Shown here: positions 61,130 through 64,000 of the stretch, in pieces | Numbering within the stretch: the stretch's first letter is position 1 | Layout: every line of letters begins with the position of its first letter | Assembly (NCBI GenBank): GCA_965644295.1 | Contig: CBFFRP010000141.1 | Location: 62,001 to 126,000 of the forward strand | Direction: 5' to 3' | DNA from: Paraphysomonas bandaiensis | Taxonomy: Eukaryota > Protista > Chrysophyceae | DNA length: 64,000 bases | The notes under the pieces: model-generated | The model's database searches: none | What the model was told of the DNA's origin: nothing | The model's input: only the letters and a program-made list of their open reading frames with translations | Position numbers and translations under genes: made by a program

Positions 61130-64000
61130 TCATAGGTCCGTAGCATTTACTTGGTGGGCAAATGGTTTCCTACATGGCATATCACGTGACTCTTGTGGAT
61201 ACCACACATACACAGACGAATACAGCCATCGTTATGCTAAAAACCATTCTACCATACAATTGCCACTCACCATCGATGAAAAATCGAGTAGAGTTCAAGT
61301 CATGATAAAGCTCGGTTGGGGCCGAATGACCAGGAATCACCGCAATCATGTTGAATGAATTTATAATCCAAGCACTACCCGCGCGTCCACCCCCTGTATC
61401 CAATATAGCGTTAAGCAAAGATTAACAAAAAATGCCGCATCAATCAGGCGCCGATTTCTACCCATCAAAGCTACAATGTAAAACATAAATTTCACAATAC
61501 CTGCGCCGGTATCGTCCCATATCTTAACGGGCTTTGTGGACGCGAGCTTGCACCATGTAAGTGGCACACAACGAATAGACTTCACACTTGGAGGCTCTTC
61601 CGTTGTGGTGCACACCATTCCCAGAGCTGCAAAATGCTCTGGGGCGATCGGTTTCCAGGAATACATAGATTTGTCACCTCGAGAAAAGTGCCATACTTGC
61701 TTGAAACGTACAGGATGCGGGAGAATGTACTCCAGCACAGCGCCTAGAACCTTGCTGCGTTGCATACGTAGTGTCGCATAGTCTGTGACCTCAATTGTAA
61801 GGTACCGATCTTTCCCTTTTTTCCCACTCAAAGGGTTCATGAAACCTTTCTGTGCATAATGACCCAAACATACTCGAGCCTACAGAATAGTTATTTCCTT
61901 CATAAACCACTGACAGGTATGACGGTACTAAATATTCCTATATATACAAAATACACACATACACTCCATATATTGACGTCGTGATTAAACTATATTCCCA
62001 CATCCCAATTCTACAATACATACGCCGAATATGAGCACCGTACCCGATTACTCTGAAGTATTGAGGATTGCACAGAGGGTGCCCAAATGGACACCTGGGT
62101 CTGAGAGTGTGTTCCTTGTGAGCTCCATACCAGTGAAAAGTTTGAAACAGGCTGAACCTTAACCTTAAAATTTTGACACATTTCCGGCTTGATTTCAATT
62201 CTTTCGCTTTCTTGGTTGCCCTGAAACAAGTACACACGACATTAACAACATATCATCATAAGTATATATCTGCATCACCTTGTTGGAATCATAGAGCTCC
62301 GGGATATTTTTCGGTGGAACTTGACCGAAGCTGTCTGCTGTTACACCACGACTTTCAATCTCATCCTCCTCTGATTGAAATACTCGCTTGAAGTCTACAT
62401 AACTGATCAATCCTTCATTGTCCACAGCCACTCGACGGACAAGATCGTATACTTGATTCGGAGTGAAGCGAATGCCAAGCCATTCCAGCGCACCATATAG
62501 TTCCGAACAGGTGAGAAGGCCAGTGTGAGACGAATTAAATGCACGAAAGGCGTCAAATACGTACATCCCTTTCTCTTTTATTGCGATTTTGATCCGTTCC
62601 ACAACAGCCTTATACTCTAGGAACATGTACTCATCTGATATAGTAAACAATTTTCCAACAGGAACCGAGCCATCCCATGGCATTTGAACTCGCCGCCGAC
62701 ATGCCCGAATATCTCCCCACCAGGCCTCTCGCTCCTCGCATGTATTGTTATGAAGCACACGGAATAAGGCCATCAACCCCTTGTCATCGAAATACATGGA
62801 AGAATTCATGAATAGAAAAGAGTTGATCATAGCTTTGTGTTGTGCCTCCGGTGGAGCAATGCGCATTTTTCCAGAACTGGCAAGAAGAACACTGTCGTTA
62901 TCATACATACACCCATTATCGTTCAAGCACCAGAGTGATGCAATGGTTTGTGAAGGCCCAGCATGATCTCCTTTGCCCAATGCAGATACGATATCCGTAT
63001 TAATCAGACCATCGCCAGTCGTTAAACACCTACCGGTGCGTTGGTGCAGAACACTACGCATATGTTCGGCCTCATCCAAGCATAACAACACGTAAAACCT
63101 CCCATCTTGTCGCTTAAATAAGGCAGCTTGATTCTCAATAAGAGATTTAAAGCCATCAAAGTCTATACCTTTCGCAAAAAATGTCAACTCTTCTGAAGAT
63201 AATGTCACGTCGAAAAGAGTCAATAGCTGATTAATTTCAGATCAGATCAAGTATGCGCATATTATAACCTTACCTGCTTTAATTCGTCAATCTGTAAGAT
63301 ACCATCTTCATCGAAATCAAACAACTGAAATGAGCGCCTGAGGCGGGTTTCCTGATCGGGGTTTAGTCTAATCGCCTCATTCCAAGTCATAATATTACTC
63401 TTGATGTATGATAAAATACCACCCTCTTGATTAGGACACGCAGGAGTGTATTCCATTATAACAATAACATTCTTGAGTCTACGAAGACTGCGCAATAGAG
63501 TCCACTGAAGCTTAAAAAAGTTTCTACTGGCCCACAAGAAATCTGGGAATTTTAGCACTAAATTCGACCGCAAAACATTTTTGAACACAGAAAACTTTGA
63601 AAGAGGGTAGAAGCCAGTGGAACCACTGTTTTCCCCAGGAGTCTCAGCCAGCGCATCCACTTTCCATGGAACTGGGTCTTCATCATCTCGAGAGTACTTC
63701 AGCTTTTCGAACTCCTCTTCTTCAAGCTCTGCAACTTTTTCTTCTTCTTTTTCCTTCTCCTTCTCTTGTTCTTGTTCTTGCTCCTACAAAAAGAAAGAGC
63801 TATGAGAATGATGAATATTATGTCGCCAACAATTCCCCAATTTTCTCCACCCTCAGTACACTTCATGTGTTAGTTTCTAGATCGTACCTGTTCTTGCTCT
63901 TGTTCCTGTACTTGTTCTCTATTGAAAGATTGCTCTTTTGCAGCCCCTTCGGGCCCTCCGCTTGTCAACTCATCAGACCCAGAAGTAATAGTGGCTACAG
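61130..64000 (-). CDS. 3' part of a large protein with EF-hands and a C-terminal Vps62-like region; 5' part lies outside the window
   Basis: EF-hand loops DFDEDGILQIDE, NSSHTGLLTCSE and AVDNEGLISYVD. Segment WKPIAPEHFAALGMVCT..EPP..RCVP..IWDDTG. Stop at 61130-61132. Confidence 0.8.

Overview
Eukaryotic nuclear DNA. It is gene-dense, with short canonical GT-AG introns (about 40-80 nt) and the standard genetic code. Gene content suggests a protist, probably a stramenopile (inference only). About 17 protein-coding loci are present, mostly in divergent pairs: EFTUD2/Snu114, a rhomboid protease, ARFRP1, RPL3, a 2OG-Fe(II) oxygenase-like gene, a sterol desaturase-like gene, an SLC38-type amino-acid transporter, an ABC1/ADCK kinase, a RhoGAP-like gene, G-alpha, endonuclease III, a PrsW-family protease, betaine-lipid synthase BTA1, an EF-hand/Vps62-like protein and several unknowns. 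Most interesting structure is intergenic. (1) Six members of one non-LTR retroelement family: RNase H and CCHC LINE remnants plus short non-coding derivatives. Their 3' tails share a GNRA stem-loop with a compensatory change, and three copies carry a 5' head resembling an HDV-like ribozyme. (2) A 2.4-kb giant palindrome flanked by an AGTT duplication. (3) A PIF/Harbinger element with both ends, two hAT-type MITEs, and a two-copy DNA element, one copy split by a LINE with the empty site visible in the other. (4) Long (ATAC)n arrays located just upstream of start codons, plus degenerate alternating purine-pyrimidine islands in the other promoters. All calls come from reading the sequence by eye. 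Boundaries of multi-exon genes are approximate.
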